Positions 62,180 to 64,000 of a stretch of DNA of 64,000 bases are shown here, piece by piece; positions within the stretch are counted from its first letter, which is position 1; each line of letters opens with the position of its first letter. A model generated the notes under the pieces. It saw nothing but the letters and a program-made list of their open reading frames with translations, was not told the origin of the DNA and searched no databases. The stretch is from NCBI RefSeq assembly GCF_963921235.1, contig NC_086109.1, positions 29,266,001-29,330,000 on the forward strand, in the 5' to 3' direction. The translations under genes were made by a program, and so were the position numbers. Source of the stretch: Mobula hypostoma (taxonomy: Eukaryota).

Positions 62180-63204
62180 ATGCCTCGATCAAAACAACTT
62201 TCAGAGCACCATAGGAGAAGAATTGTAGAGATGCATGAAACTTGAAAAGGCTACAAAAGCATTTCTAAAAGACTTGAGTGTTCATCAGTCCACAGTAAGA
62301 GAAATTGTCTACAAATGGAGGAAACTCAGTACTGTTACTACTCTCCCTAGGAGTGGGCATCCTGCAAAAATCATACCAAGAGCACAATGTACAATGCTGA
62401 AGAAAGTGAAAAAGAACCTGAGGGTAACAGCAAAAGACCTGCAAAAATTTCCAGCACTTCCTAAATTTTCTGTTCATGTGTCCACTATAAGAAAAAAGAC
62501 TGAACAGGGATAGTCTTCATGGAAGGACACTACCGAGGAAACAACTGCTCTCCAAAAATACATTGCTGCACACCTCAAGTTTGCAAAAGACCTCCTGTAT
62601 GTTCTACAACAATTCTGGGACAAGGTTCTGAGGACAGATGAGACAAAAGTTGAATTTTTTGGCAGAAATGCACATTGTTATGTTTGGAGGGAAAAGGGCA
62701 CTGCACACCAACACCAAAACCTCATCCCAACTGTGAAGCATGGTGGAAGGAGCATCATGGTTTGGGGCTGCTTTGCTGCCTCAGGGCCTGGACAGCTTGC
62801 AATTGTTGATGGAACAATGAATTGAAAACTGTATCAAGACACTTTACAGGAGAATGTCAGGGTAGCAGTCCATCACCTGAAGCTTAATAGAAGTTGAATG
62901 ATGTAACAAGACAATGACCCAAAAGACAAGAGTAAATCAACAACAGAATCATTTCAAACGAAGAAAATATGTGCTTTGGAATGGCTGAGTCAGAGTCCTG
63001 ACCTTAATTCTATTGAAATGTGGAAGGACCTGAAGCAAGTAGTTCTTGCAAGGAAGCCCACCAACATCCCAGAGTTGAAATAGTTTTGTAAGAAAGAATA
63101 ATCTACAATTCCTCCAAGCCGACGTGCAGGACTGATCAACATTTACTGGAAACGTTTGGTTGAAGTCATTGCTGTACGGGGGGAGGGGGTCACACCAGTT
63201 ATTG
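62180..63204 (+). pseudogene. Tc1 transposase (DD34E), inactivated
   Basis: MPRSKQLSE..., LPRSGHPAK, TDETKVE, MVWGCF, QDNDPK followed by SPDLNSIE with 34 residues between D and E; several stops and frameshifts. Confidence 0.93.
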
Positions 63205-63869
63205 AAAGAAAAGCTTCACATACTTTTTCAAACAAATATTTGTAATATTTGATATTTTTTCTCAATAAATAAAAGAACAAGTAAGTTTTGTGTTATTTAT
63301 TTAATTGGGTTCTCTTTACCTAGTTTTAGGACTTACATGAAGATCTGATTACATTTTAGGTCATACTTATGCAGAAATAGAGAACAGTCTACAGGATTCA
63401 CAAACACTCTAGCACCATATGACGTACTTTTTACGGCACTTCAAAACGTCTGACATCCTTGGTAAAGCATAGCTTAGTTCCTGATCACAATTTGTTCTGC
63501 TTAATGTAGCTTCTGTAAATTCTTCATAATCCACAATGAACTTTGATTCAAATTCATTTATTTATCACAGGTACATCAAAATATTTTCACTCACAACAGC
63601 ACAACCCAAGGATATGCTGGTGACCGCCTTTAAGTGTCACCGCATATTCCAGCACGAACATAGCATGCCCACAAAAGGACGCTGGGCAAGCATATTAGGA
63701 AAAAGGGAATGGAGGGCTAAGCTAATATAATAAGATGAGGGATGACTGAAATACTTTTAAGTAAAACATAAATACCAAAATGTATCAGTTTTGCTGAATG
63801 GCCTGCTTCAACATTGTATACAATCTTTAGTAAGCAAGTATATGTCTTCCTTGAAAACTTGGATTCGAA

Positions 63870-63968
63870 GACCAACTCACTCAAAATACTAAAGGAACTC
63901 AGCAAGTCATGCAGTCTCCATGGAGGGGAATAAACTTTGACATTTTAGGCTGAGACACTTCATCAGGC
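63870..63968 (-). mobile_element. Degenerate Penelope pseudo-LTR fragment
   Basis: Reverse complement cctgatgaagtgtctcagcctaaaatgtc...ccatggagactgcatgacttgctgagttcct. Confidence 0.6.
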
Positions 63969-64000
63969 CCGAAGTCTCCAGCTTCTGCAAGGTTTTAGAT

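Larger units (their letters stand above)
61815..63417 (+). mobile_element. Tc1/mariner transposon, IR/DR (Sleeping Beauty/Tdr1-like) architecture
   Basis: TA|cagtggtgctagaaagtttgtgaacc ... ttcacaaacactctagcacca|TA; ~200-bp imperfect TIRs (61815-62020 / 63212-63417) with inner direct repeats. Confidence 0.95.

Noticed and set aside
1..64000. CRISPR array, operon or prokaryotic defence system
   Set aside because: No regularly spaced repeats or gene-dense organisation; all RT-like ORFs are eukaryotic retroelements

Overview
Eukaryotic (vertebrate) non-coding genomic DNA, intronic or intergenic, dominated by nested transposable elements. The repeat set (abundant CR1 LINEs, Rex1/Babar, L2, one L1 fragment, Neptune-type Penelope-like elements, V-domain and CORE SINEs, RTE-derived non-autonomous elements, hAT MITEs, a Tc1 IR/DR transposon, a Gypsy remnant and a solo LTR) suggests a cartilaginous fish, probably a ray; this is an inference. 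I found no confident host protein-coding exon, rRNA, true tRNA or CRISPR array. The most notable items are: (i) a Penelope pseudo-LTR family carrying a minimal type-I hammerhead ribozyme motif (CAGTC-CTGAYGA-stem II-GAAA-C-GTC-GACTG) in at least 8 recognisable copies of varying integrity, including a non-coding ~650-bp fold-back unit at 45.2-45.9 kb; (ii) a young CR1 ORF2 with an uninterrupted ~907-codon frame inside a tRNA/CORE SINE inside a LINE tail; (iii) many nested insertions with readable target-site duplications that give a relative chronology; (iv) junction oddities (an 18-bp fold-back at a Rex1 5' end and a Penelope-CR1 chimeric insert). Family names come from motif recognition, not database searches, and boundaries of old elements are approximate.
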